A stretch of DNA of 44,617 nucleotides from the NCBI GenBank assembly GCA_013115145.1, contig JAAPAO010000268.1:1-44617 (forward strand), written 5' to 3'. Below the pieces are notes generated by a model that saw nothing but the letters and a program-made list of their open reading frames with translations, had not been told where the DNA came from and did no database searches. A program made the translations under genes and the position numbers. Numbering within the stretch: the stretch's first letter is position 1; each line of letters opens with the position of its first letter. Shown here piece by piece: positions 23,456 through 35,292 of the stretch. This DNA is from Perkinsus chesapeaki ATCC PRA-425. Lineage: Eukaryota > Protista > Perkinsozoa.

Positions 23456-24354
23456 TAGAGGCAAGATAATCAAGCTAGTGTGGTTAGGGAGTCATAAAGG
23501 AACATCGGATGCTGAGCCCGAATGTATTTAATGTTGCCTTGTGGCCTACATTGGGGAGAACTAGATTCGAGTCTTATCGCATTGGCTTCTTAGCGGTGCC
23601 TGCCTTACCCTGTAGACTCAGATTTACTCGCAGAATTTCCGTTATATTTCCGCGTAAGTAACACTTCCCGATCCTCAAGAAATACATTTCTGTGAAACTA
23701 GATGACTTCCTCCTGAGTGGTATGGTTTAATTTTTATTTTGCTTGTTGAACGCGCGGAGGGTCCAACAGCACCATGAAGCGGGTCTGCCAACACCGAGGC
23801 CCAAATAATACTTCCCCTTCCTCCCGGAGCCCCCGGCGGTTAAAACTGAACTCTTTTACGAGACTCAAAAAAACAATTAAGTACTATTTCGTATAATACG
23901 TTGAAATTGAGAAGTTCTATGCCAGGTTCGTCACGGAACGTCTATAGACATCAAGTTGGTCGGCAGTGAGTCTAGGTTTACCAGTTACTCTGAGCTGCCA
24001 CACCAATACGAGAGTGCGCTATAACTGATTCGCAAGAATACCCAAGGTTGCCTTCCTCACGTATCGAACAACGTACTTTGATTACATTGTAATAGCTGTT
24101 TTACGCAAAAAAGGACTTGGAGAAAGTATTGGAGGCTCAAAGTCTCAGGTAGAATTCTACTAATCGGGTAAGAAAACTCCCTTCAGTTCGGGAGGTCATT
24201 ATTCTTATTAGTAAGAACCCAAACCAGTCCCGAAAACTGGACTACTTAGGCCAGATTTAAACGGTCCTCATTGACCGGGCCTTATATTGTCTAGATATCA
24301 GACTAATGCGAATGACGGTGACGTGACTTATCATCATGCGCTCTTTCTACTGAA

Positions 24355-24369
24355 TTTTGTGGCGCGTGA
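24355..24369 (+). promoter_or_regulatory. Recurrent TTT(T/C)GTGGCGCG(TGA) motif, representative copy
   Basis: Near-identical copies at 1793, 3633, 9658, 10790, 20932 and 30232; function is inferred only. Confidence 0.35.
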
Positions 24370-24897
24370 CTATCGTATAATTCTTGTAGTCCTATTATTT
24401 TAGTTCTAATCACTTTATGTCATCTTGTCCCCTTGGTTACGGTAATGCATCACAGTCGCCAACAGAAGTTATTATCGATGTACAAATATTGTTATGTGAT
24501 GGCATGATGGAGGGGCGTTAAATAACTTGAATTCGCGGAACCCGAATCTCTATTTCATATTTTACATTATGAATGGTGCTATCGATATATTATAACAAAA
24601 TAATATTTCCTATCAAAACTACTCTTTTCGGAAATCATTATAACGTGGGTGTCTTTTACATCCTACCTCTGATACGCTTTCTATTAGTAGACGAATCTCA
24701 CTTTGAGCTGCTGAGTTCGATACACCTAGTCTTCCTCTCACTGGCTTAACTCTGAATCAACCTATTTCGAATCTTTCACCACATCTTGTTGGAACTGCCC
24801 CCGATTCCCGCAACAAGTGAATCACAGCATAATTTTTCCGGCTATTAAACGCTTTTCTTACCGGGAAAAATCTACCAAGATATTCTCGTGGGCTCAG

Positions 24898-26829
24898 GCT
24901 TCAGAGAAGCCCGAAGCTGAAAGACCCTCGTCGAGCGGGCTTTCGAAAGATCGGACGACATCTACTATACCAGGAGTAGACGGGGACATGTTCAAGTACC
25001 CTAGCGAGGAGCAGTTCTATAAGACGGTTAAGAGGTAGTTATTATGAAGATGAGAGGAAGGAGTGGTATGAGGTCAGGAAGGGTCATGATGTTGATGCTG
25101 GTGATATGAGGATGGTTGTTGCTATACATAATGCTGTTAATGAAAGTAATGTAAAGGGTGCTTAGTCATACAGAACCCACTCCCAGGAATTATTCATTTT
25201 ATGCGACTCTGCATACCTTTCGAGAGCGTTAGGAGTCATATAACTTATCTCGTTCGCTTATAAAGTGAATTGGACCGAACTAGTCTGGTGTCTTGGGCGG
25301 CCGTTTACCTCTGAAGCGTTCTCGATATTCCTGCAGTTTCGACACTTGATACAGCAATAGGATTATTGTTGTAATATGAACTATATTATATAATAATATA
25401 AAGAGCTATTAATAATATTATATCTTAGCAATCATAACGTGTGATTGTATAGTATATGACCAATACATTTTACGAATCTACTCACGGTCTATTAACATTT
25501 AACAATGGATCTCCTCGGAAGTGGCAGCAGAATAACCAAGCAATTTCGCGGAACCTGACCAGATGCGGTTTTAATGGTTGTTTCTCATCTGCGGAATTTT
25601 ACGTCAGTTTGACTTCATGATTCGTTACAAGTGTACTATATATATTATCATCTGCCTTTTCCGATCGCCGCCTCGGCGTATGGTGTCCACGGTAAACTGG
25701 TTCGATATCCTTTTCGACGCACAGATGGGACGAAGGAAGGAGGTGATGGGAGTAACGTGAATGTCGCCTGCTCTCGAGTCACGGCCTAAGCCGTTGAAAG
25801 TTGATCGTTTATCAGGGGCTTGGTATCAAATCAAGGAAGTTGAGGGTAGGCTGCATGGTCACAAGTGTGCTCCAGAAGAGCTCAGACTTGTCAAGTTTGT
25901 CGGTCGACCAGGTAGTTGGGGTTATCTTAAAACGATGCCCAGGCCAGCAACATGCCACGTCATGATGATATGCGCCATTTTAGCCCATCTTGGGCTCGTC
26001 GAGTTCGCATTTTGAACGGGCGGAAAATTTCCACAGGAAATTGCCCTTTCAAGTGAAGTAAAACTTTATCAGTCTTGGGGATCGTTGCTGGAGGCATGGT
26101 GATGATGGTTAGGTGAGATGTCCCCAAAGGCTCGGTTTATGCGGTTGTTTGGTGGCTGGACGGAGCCGTTTGATAGGCATGATTGGTTTGTTGATCGATG
26201 TGGCGCTACTGTGAGGTAGGCGGAGGGGTATCAGTGCAGACTAAGGACGAATAGTTACCCTTGTAAGGGGTAGAGTAATTATACCCATTTGATAGAGTCC
26301 CGGAGAATATTCATAAAGTGAAGACTGGGAGTGAATGAGTCGTCCAGTCTCATCGGAATAGGTTCTTCCGAGATGGGAAGATCATTGCCAGTGCGGAGAT
26401 GGTGTACCGGGGACAATTGGTATTGTGTTGCCACACCACAGAGAACGTGAAGAGCATATCTGTTGGGAATTGGTTTTTATGATAATAAAACTACAACAAG
26501 AGCCTCGAAAAAGTATCGATAGCACTATTACGGATATTATTAAATCTAGCCTTGTCATACAATGATTTTATACTCACCTCTTAAAATGGGGGCCACCCAG
26601 TTCATTGCTTAATAAAAATCGGTATGAGATGTTGTGAACTCAGGTTATATGTTTTCGAATATCCCTCCTCAGATACGTTGTAGACTTCTATGACGGCAAG
26701 CCGACCGAGGGGACAGCTCATTTGCCTCTGTCACAACAGCCTGTGTCGATATTTGTCGACGCCCGACCGGCTGTGTCCTCTCCAAGCGCCGTGTGGGATC
26801 GAGTGAGAATGTGGGCTGGACTGGCTTGA
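24898..26829 (+). CDS. HCCS: Holocytochrome c synthase (cytochrome c/c1 heme lyase)
   Basis: RTTSTIP..YPSEEQFYKTVK|RKG..DMRMVVAIHNAVNE, WYQIKEVE, LVKFVGRP|GEMSPKAR, PFDRHDWFVDRCG, YVVDFY, FVDARPA..WDRVR; 5' exon(s) unresolved. Confidence 0.92.
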
Positions 26830-26969
26830 TGGTGATCATGAGCAGCAGCAGCAGCAGCATGCGTTTCTGAATCTTGCAATTTATTTCGTTGCTGAAGTTC
26901 GTCTAATGGATTCCTGACAGGGCCCGTGTGGTTGCTTTTCTGTTTGGTTCCTCCTCACTTGCTAGGGAT

Positions 26970-28200
26970 CCAGTAACAGCTAGTCTGCCGACGTATCACC
27001 GAGACTACCATCACTGTTTTGTCATCAGCCGATCAAGCCAGCTCGGTGACTAACCCGGTTAAGCGTAGGAAGACTACTTGTACTAGTGCGACAATAGAAG
27101 AAGACAACAAGGCTAGTAGTACTGCAAAGAACACCACCACCACAACCACGCTTGATAGGTAGTGAAGAAGGGGGAGGGGGGCGTGGGTTCGATCCTCGGC
27201 GGGGACATAATTAAATCCATTATTCCTTGCTTTATATCGGTCATTGGATATTACTGCCGGGCTTGTGGAATGCTAAGGTTTATAAACGTGAACCACCTCC
27301 GCCCCTCCCAAAGTTCTTTTTGATGGAATGCATCGGCGGTTTTGCAGTGCGAAAAGATATTGTCCGATCCTTCCACACTGTAGAGCTTTCACCTTGGAGA
27401 ATCTTTCATAAATGATGTGGTTAGCGGGGGGCGACTTCCAGCGTGGTGATCAGTTGCAGTATATAATTTATGAACTCGTCCGCTAAATGTAGAGGCCGGG
27501 AATATTAGTCTTTATATTATCCCTGGGGGGGGAGAGTAAGCTGGATTTTGGCAAGTCCAGAAACGGAAGTACTAGATCTGAGTCATATCTTGCTGATAAT
27601 AATGAGGCAGACCTGTTTGTTTCCTAGTCGAGCTCTGACTGCTAGTTCAGAGATCAGCCTGGTCCACATTATCGTATTGAGTATCTGATACGATATGGTA
27701 TTTTTGATGATGATAAAATAATTTTGCAAATTACTTTCCACTTACATTTGAAGAATGTCATTTTACTAACATAGCAATGCTGTTCAGTTCTGCACCAGCG
27801 GTGAAGATGCTGCAAGGTCATTCGTTAGCGAATACACCACCCTCGGGATCACGTCATCCTCAACCATTGTCAGAGGATAGTGGTAATACGGGTAGAATTG
27901 GCGTAATGGACAGTGTGCAGGACTACCATCCGTATGTCCAAGGTTCGAATCTATGTTCAAAAATCATACTTCAAACATCTTGATAGGGTAGTAGTGGATT
28001 TAATAGTCCCGAACTAGAAGGTCGTGACGCATTTGACCTGACATACCGATCGCGGATTTTTGGGGGAGTCTGCTTGAGTAAGTGAGACATTCATAGTTGG
28101 ACACAGAGGAAGGTTTAGGGTCAGGAACTCCATGTGGCTCCGCCGCCTTGTATTCGGATTCGGTTATCTACATCTACACATCTTACCCATCAAATAGGAA
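26970..28200 (+). CDS. Hypothetical, possibly degenerate multi-exon gene
   Basis: Open exon ending ..KNTTTTTTLD(R) at donor 27159 and several later GT-AG-bounded segments; full path not resolved. Confidence 0.35.
27179..27207 (+). pseudogene. tRNA 3'-half just inside a probable intron (donor 27159)
   Basis: gggc-gtggg-ttcgatc-ctcgg-cggggac-a then t. Confidence 0.65.
27892..27963 (+). pseudogene. Heavily decayed full-length tRNA
   Basis: A-box tggcgtaatgg and B-box ggttcgaatc at canonical spacing; apparent ACC anticodon loop; stems broken. Confidence 0.5.
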
Positions 28201-28353
28201 CTTGGTTTATCAAGTTGGGTGGATTTTTACTCAGATTAGGACCGATTAACGACCCTTTTTTCTATTGACAAGCCTCTATATGATCGGGAAAGGTGTAGTA
28301 TTTTGGTCATGTATCACACAATGGATTTGTACGGTTTAAGTTCTATTACTTCT

Positions 28354-28558
28354 GTTATTGACACTGTAAATTGTTAGACACTGTAAATTGTTATTGACAC
28401 TGTAAATTGTTATTGACACTGTAAATTGTTATTGACACTGTAAATTGTTATTGACACTGTAAATTATTATTGACACTGTAAATTGTTATTGGCACTGTAA
28501 ATTGTTATTGACACTGTAAATTGTTATTGACACTGTAAATTGTTATTGACACTGTAAA
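28354..28558. repeat. 19-bp minisatellite, 11 copies
   Basis: Unit gttattgacactgtaaatt; one copy has a 2-bp deletion and two carry single substitutions; no spacers. Confidence 0.97.
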
Positions 28559-28691
28559 GCAGTACTACTCTTGACGCGTTTTCTTCGGATTGAGAATATC
28601 AATAAGTTCGTAATCGATAGGAAATAGGAGAGAGATCATCGCAGCTTGTCTGTTTGTCGGAGCGAGTAAGCTGTATTTGACTTTTGTTGTT

Positions 28692-31122
28692 ATGTCAGAT
28701 GATGACTCCTGTTCGTATGATTGTGGGTGGATCGCATGGTATTGCAGCCTGAAGGTAGTTGAAGGCGATGATGATGATGATGAGGGGGGTCAAGCTTATA
28801 TTATTGAAAATCATTACTGTAGTTGATATCAATTTATATCAGTAAATATCATTCGTAACTTTCTATCTGCGAGACACAAGTTAATAAACCTGTTACCGTC
28901 ATTTGCTTTGCTACTGTGGGGCGTCCAGTGAGTGGTGACTTCACATCAATCCGAGGTTGCCTTCTCACAACTCCTCTCTTGTCAGGACTTCCGTTATCTA
29001 CTTATGGTAAATTGATATCGTATTATCATTACTATTCAATTATCTTCTCAATTGCGTGTATCATCGCTTTAACCGGAATCTCCATGTTAATAGACCTTCC
29101 ATTAAGTCGCATGTTTTTAGGGACATGAAATGTTTGCCGAGGTCGATGAGGACTACATTAGGGATGCATTCAATTTGTATGGACTGAGAGCAAAAGTTCA
29201 GGTAGGAGTGGTGAGGTATAATGGCCGCCCGTTACGCATAGGATTCTAATACAAGTCCGGAATGGATCATATAATGAATAATATATATAGTTTTCATTGT
29301 GTGCTGTATATGTCGAAGGCACATACAGGGTAGGCTGTTAAAAATTACGAAAATAATAAATCTCAATGAGCTTCAACCATCACTGTGGCATAAAGCAAGT
29401 ACTATCGTAAAATGTATAGTTCTCGTGCAAGATAATGCTGATGGTGGATATTATACAGCCGTTAAGAACAGGTATTTCTCTATGGTAGAAAGTGTTCCAC
29501 TGCTGAGGAAATACGAGGGAATTTTTCGCTAGCCCCTAGGGGGATAACAAGTGCATTCTTTGGGCTGGACTAATAGTTCATGTTTCTCTAAGACGTGTCT
29601 AAGTTCTACTATAATATTGTGAATGTATCCTTGGCGTAGTCGTGTGGTGGTGACGCGCAGGAATCATTTTGTGTCGAGTAATTGATGGTAGCGGATTCAG
29701 GGTGCTTGAAAATTACAACTTGTTGGTGGGGAAGGTAGTTTAAAGCGATGACGCGTTCTTGTGGGAAATAATACTCTGCCGCATATCTTTGGCATGAGAA
29801 TCGGACTGATGGCAAGTTTCCAAATTCCTGTCGTAAGAAGCTATCTTTCGTCAGTTCTACGACCATGCGATGGAGATGATCCTCAGCGATGAGAGACCAG
29901 ATGACGAGGATCTTGCCGATAACGTAAATTTTCTGCCATTTATTTTCCACTGAATGTTTGTTAGGATTTCTTGGAGGTTTATAGAGAGGCGGTCGACCTG
30001 TATGGTTTGATACACGCTCGGTATTGCCTGACGCCAAGAGGGCTGCTGGTCGTTAAAGAAAAGTACCTTAGAGGTAGAATAAAAACGTAAATCGTGCACC
30101 ATTCTTACAGCGGAGCGATGCAGGTGACTACGGTACATGTCCTCGAGTGTATTGCAATGGGCAGCATGTCCTTCCAACTGGAAGGGTTGGCGAAGAACTC
30201 AGAGTGGAGCCCGTGAAGGTGGGGAGAGGAGTTTCGTGGCGCGCGGTTTATCGCCGTGTAATTTAGTTGTATTGCCCTAAGTGCGAGCAGTTGTACGTCC
30301 CTCGACAGAAACATGCGCATCTTGATGGAGCTTACTTTGGAGCATCACTTCCGAGCCTGTTCTTCCAGGTGAGATGGGAATCTATAAAAAATGAAAATGA
30401 TATGCGGTTCTATGAAATTGACATTGAATAATATTTCATAGTTTCAGTTTTTTTAAGAATTGTTCTTCGGCGTATTCGCTCGAGTTGGTAATGACGTTTT
30501 GAAATTACCTTCATGAAGATAGCTTAAAACAACAACACCTATCCATCGGAGTCGGAAGGAACCCGGAACCTTGAAATGTTAAGAAGTAGATCGCGAGCAG
30601 CTTCATAGCGCTAACTCTCAAGAAGAGGAACCTATTTTATCGCCGATTGTGCCGCCTTCATAAAACTGTGGCGATGGGTACAGCAGCGCAGGTCAAATTA
30701 TGCCGTGCGGGCGGCTATATGCATTTCAGTGGTCTGTTTTATTATATTGAATTCCCACGTAATGTTACGTTATGTTTTGTGCCTTAATGAGGCAGACAAG
30801 GCATCCTTATCTGCCTCTATCTGTTTTGTTATTGACGTCTTTGGCGGTATCATAAACTTACTCATTAGACCTTCCCCAAGTTGTTACCAGCGGAGGTGCC
30901 GGTGTACTTCGAACCAAGAGTATTTGGGTTCAAGGTTCACAACAGACCGTAAGTGTCGGCGCTGGGGTTCGAACCCGGGACGGTTGATTTAGATCGGTGG
31001 TATTGAAAAAGCTACAAAATGAAGTGGCCAAAGGAGCATCATATATAGACTTTCAGGGATGCAGCAACGCGGCCGGTAAGTGTACAGCGGGACTTACGCC
31101 CATGTTGGCCTTCACATGTTGA
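28692..31122 (+). CDS. CSNK2B: Casein kinase II regulatory subunit beta
   Basis: WIAWYCSLK|GHEMFAEVDEDYIRDAFNLYGL, FYDHAMEMIL, LYGLIHARY, GTCPRVYC, LYCPKC, LDGAYFG, FEPRVFGFKV; the last exon boundary is uncertain. Confidence 0.95.
30954..30983 (-). pseudogene. Intronic tRNA 3'-half forming most of a 44-nt CK2-beta intron (30949-30992)
   Basis: Minus strand reads ccgtc-ccggg-ttcgaac-cccag-cgccgac-a, directly abutting the GTAAG donor. Confidence 0.8.
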
Positions 31123-31901
31123 CGGGAAGAATAGTTGAATTTGCCAGTATTTCGCTCGATAGCCACCCAGTATTAGGCATTAAACTTGCACTCGAAGTCC
31201 GTAATGATATGTAGTTATTTACTAACAGTAATTATTTCGATTCGCACTTGGGCGGAAAAAAACTGAGAAGAAATTTTCAGTCGTTTTGCGTGTCAATCAG
31301 CACGATCGAGAAAGGTGCTGTTTCATCGTTGTTCTTGCTCTACATTACTCATTTTCACGACTAAGACCTTTTAGGCCGTTTTTGTGGCACGATCAGGTCC
31401 TTATCCTTTCCCAGCTGACCCGGCCGATGATCATCTTTTAAGTGAAGAGGAAGAAGAATAACTGACGTTTGGTGGTACCATTGAATCTTGTTAAATACCG
31501 CAGCCTTATTTGAATCTAGTGGGTTTAGTTTGTCAATGGCTGGATGAGATGAATAAATACACTAACTCGATGTCTGGGGCTGCTGCCGGCCATAGAGGGA
31601 AGGAGTGTTTGATGTTCCCCTGTTTGATGATGTTCTTTGATGTTTGTTTGATGTTCCCCTTTCTGGTCGTATCTGCCACATTTCCCAAAGTGCGAGTATT
31701 CAACTTTCGGCTCTCTCTTTCAACCTTTCTAGGATGTCCTAGCGTTGTTCGAAGTAACTTACATCATTTATATCGGACACCCATCACACATACGCTCCAG
31801 AGTAGATATCTGATGGTGCTTTGAGATTCCCGAGCTCGTTTGTTCAGGTGATGAAGCTCGTCTGGGCTTTTATTAATTTGTTCCACGTTACATCGAACTG
31901 G

Positions 31902-31939
31902 TCTCGGATTTCACTAATTAGATCCTGAGGAGGTGTAGT
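31902..31939. repeat. Solo copy of the inverted-repeat terminus of the 32541-32768 element
   Basis: tctcggatttcactaattagatcctgaggaggtgtagtg versus tctgggcttttactaattagatcttgaattggtgtagtc. Confidence 0.7.
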
Positions 31940-32277
31940 GATGAGCTATCACTGATGGCCGGCCTCGAATGATACACTTGGTTGGTATGATGAATCAATG
32001 TACCTTCACACATGCTTAAATAGAGCCATCCTCCATGGCTATTAAAACAGAGTGACACAGAGTGTACCTATGGCGCAGATTGGATAATTGTCAGTGTTGG
32101 AATATCCATTGGTCTTTCTCTAGTGGGAAATGAGCTCTTGCTCGGATTTCCCAATTTTCAGATTGCAGTTGGGAAATACATCCTTAGATGTTGTTGAGGC
32201 ACGCAAAAATCGACCAGGAATCCGTAGCAGAGGACGCACAAATCCCAGCTTTGCGGTATTTCGTTTGATCGTAATAA

Positions 32278-34161
32278 ATGGAGATATGGCACGTCCTACT
32301 AAACACTCCCAATGTTATATGTTATTTCCGGATGTCCATGGCATCCATTGTGCTCGTCACATCCCCATCTGGTAAGGCACTCTGCTGTTAGACTACGTTT
32401 GGTTGGCATCCGTCTCATCAGGGAAGTGGTTTATCCTGCTGACCCTTGCATTGGCCTTGACGGACTTCCTCGATGGCTACCTTGCAGCCAAGCTCAACCA
32501 GAAGAGTGAGTATAGTGCATATTTCGGTTCGTCTTAATCGTACTACACCATCTCAAGATCTATTCAGTATAATTAGTAAAAGTGAGTAAAAGCCCAGAGC
32601 AAATTAATACTTTCCCAGATCAATTTAGCAACTTGCTGATCATGATGTCGATAAAGCTGCCTGTAACATTTCACGCATCCGTGCATCGGTAAATGGGTTG
32701 GAAACTGCACCACATTTGGTCCGACTTGGTCTGGGCTTTTACTAATTAGATCTTGAATTGGTGTAGTCTTTCGCAAAAAGAGCCGTGCTACAGTTGCGCT
32801 TATTTCCCATACCTACTGCGGTTTAAACCACGCAGAATGTGGACATGAAACTTTCATGATGAAAGGACGCCTCTGATTTTTCAAAGACTCTCTTAACGTA
32901 ATCATCTTCTGAGTGAGTATTACTCGACTGCAGTAGATCGGGGTTTGATCTTTTTACTTTTCTTTCTGGTGTTTTTGTGTCGCCAGATGTATACTGTATC
33001 CTAAAAATGCTGATCCTAATCATGTACCGGTTCATTACTAGGGTTACACTAGTCTTCACTACTATTACGACTCGTGACTTACAATAGTAGTGAAGACTCG
33101 TGACTCACGAGTTTGTATAGCCGATTGAGTGTAGCACTCTTCGTCGATACAGCCCATCATACTTTATCAGGTCTCTTTGGCGCCACCTTGGACATCGTAT
33201 CCGATATATTCTTACGTAGCATTATGTGGCTTAGACTAACCCTGGATTTATCAGCCGCGTACTGGACTCTTCGGTTCCTTTTCGTCGCCATCTGCCTCAC
33301 CATCCTCACTATCGAATGGTGCACTTGTGCTGCATCACAGGTGACAGCCGCGTAAGCGATTCACCTACAAGAGTTCGCATGTTCCTGTAAGGTACACCGG
33401 AACACATTGGAAAGATGTTAATAATAAGTCCGTAGCTCTCGGGTTCACTCCGAGTCACTCACTTTTCGTCCTGACGATACTTGCTAACGGTTTCAAGTCT
33501 CCCCTCGGAGTCCTAGCTATGACCGGCCTCTACGGCACTCCTCTGGTGGGCATTGCTATCCTAGAGGGTAAGCTGCCTTGAGCTGCCTTTGGTCCTCTAT
33601 GCAGCAGTGATCTATCGGCTCTTAGCTGGAAGCGCTCGTTTGTTTCTTTCATACATTAATAATTTTAATGCGTAGAGGAAACAAACGAGTCTAATTTTAA
33701 TTTATAATTACACCCATAGAGATGTAGGGCCGTTCCACCGCTAGGCGTCCAAGTCGAAGTTCGAGATATGTTGTCTTCTAACCTTGTGTCTATTACAATT
33801 GTACTGTATACTATTATTATCATTATATTGACAAGTATATATTGTATAAGCAATATATTTAGCATAAGTATATCCCATGTTCCGATCACCATTATCCCGT
33901 ATTTTATTCTCTTCCTTCTGCCAGCCCGACTTAGTGTCCCTTTGTATACTTGTTTCTGTTTTAGGTAGCTATCCGTTGACATTGCGGTGCTTTTCGTTGA
34001 CACTCCTAGCTGTCTGCCTCGCAGGCCGCCTCATCGCTCTTGTAGCAGAATGGAGTATCATTCAGAACTGGATAAAGTTAGTTGTAACTGTGGAACATTC
34101 ACAGTCTCGAAGCGCCCCTGGTTTGCCGAGTTGCCTTCCTCTATTTCATGTGTCATGCTAG
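32278..34161 (+). CDS. CDP-alcohol phosphatidyltransferase family protein
   Basis: TPNVICYFR, TDFLDGYLAAKLNQK|SLFGATLDIVSD (D-x2-DG-x2-A..G-x3-D-x3-D signature), HWK..ANGFKSPLG, hydrophobic segments. Confidence 0.88.
32541..32768. mobile_element. MITE-like non-autonomous element with about 39-bp imperfect terminal inverted repeats, intronic
   Basis: Left actacacca..tcaagatcta..attagtaaaag..cccaga versus reverse complement of right actacaccaattcaagatctaattagtaaaagcccaga; no clear target-site duplication. Confidence 0.6.
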
Positions 34162-34910
34162 TCCCCCCAGCTCCGGTGTCCACTTCCAATTGCTTATGTA
34201 GCCCGACTCTATTCAATACATTTGTTAGGCAAGTTTGTGCGGAATTACACTCAGGTTCACTTGGACAACCTCCCCCAATCCAAGATGATATAGTATTCAT
34301 TGTCCTCGTTAATCAATCTCACTGTTTCATGCATGGCTGGCTGTATTGGCTTTGTTATATCGAGGAGGGAGGCAAGTGGCCTCTCCCCAACCTAGTGGAC
34401 CATCTCTGTCGAATCTTCGCCGGCGAGTGAAGCTACTGTGTCTACGAGTCACGTATTTATTAACTGTTATTATGATTCGGTTAATACGGTGGCCCACGGT
34501 CCCTGTGTCCTACAGTGCTGGATTATATCACATCATTCCGAGGCGACCTCCTCACAGCCCGTCTTACGTCAGCAAGGATAAATGGGGGGAAGATGCTCCG
34601 ACTCTGTTACTGGTGGAGGATGGACCAGAATGGCATGCCTTGAGTGGTGTGCCCGACATCCATGTTAAACGAATATGCCTTCACACATCGTTGGAAAGAG
34701 TCGTCCTCAGCAGGGTCAGAAGGACCCAGTATTCCACCTTACAGATTGTAATTTACAACTCGATACCCTATTAACGGACAAATGATAATTTGTATAAGGC
34801 TCACGTGGCCAAAACAACTCAGGAGTATTTTATGTGTCGACGACACTCATTGAAAACGGTAAGGCCAGCAAACCCCTTGAGTGTGATGGCTCGGTCTACA
34901 ACATCTCCAA

Positions 34911-35292
34911 CTACTCAGGCAACTTATAACCAGCGTTATAACCATTCAAGAACGTTATGTTGAGAACATCTTGTTTGGGGTCGAAGGTCGCTGTTTTCAT
35001 AGTATTATCCCCGATAAAGTTCGGGTACATTCTCTTCAGCACTTCAATATCGGCGTCAGCAAAGTATCGGGTCACCGTATTACCATCCTTCTGGTATGCT
35101 CCAAGTATAGTTCCGTGGGGGTAAGTGTCTCTAAAAACTACATAAAAGAAATAATCCATCCACTGCAGAGGGCAGGCTCCTTCTGGTGGATCTGGGGTGT
35201 ACAGATAATATCGCCCCGGTGGGAGTCTCACCGTGAGTGTCATTGGCGCTCGCACATATACCAAGAATGATAATGGAGAGATTGAGAAGCAT
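34911..35292 (-). CDS. Small putatively secreted hypothetical protein
   Basis: MLLNLSIIILGICASAND.. signal-like start needs either an intron (GTGAG..TAG) or a frameshift to join FRDTYPHG..GYKLPE*. Confidence 0.5.

Noticed and set aside
25698-25722. Further B-box-like ggttcgatatcc in an HCCS intron
   Set aside because: Spacing is off and no acceptor-strand geometry is present; too weak to count.
28354-28558. CRISPR-like array
   Set aside because: Units are directly adjacent with no unique spacers, and the context is eukaryotic.
5304-30983. Single tRNA-derived SINE family or LTR primer-binding sites
   Set aside because: No shared body or tail, acceptor strands all differ, no full CCA complement and no adjacent LTR.
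33438-33461. tRNA-His-like T-arm ctcgggttcactccgagtcac
   Set aside because: Lies in an open exon of the CDP-alcohol transferase (ALGFTPSHS) and lacks TTCGA.
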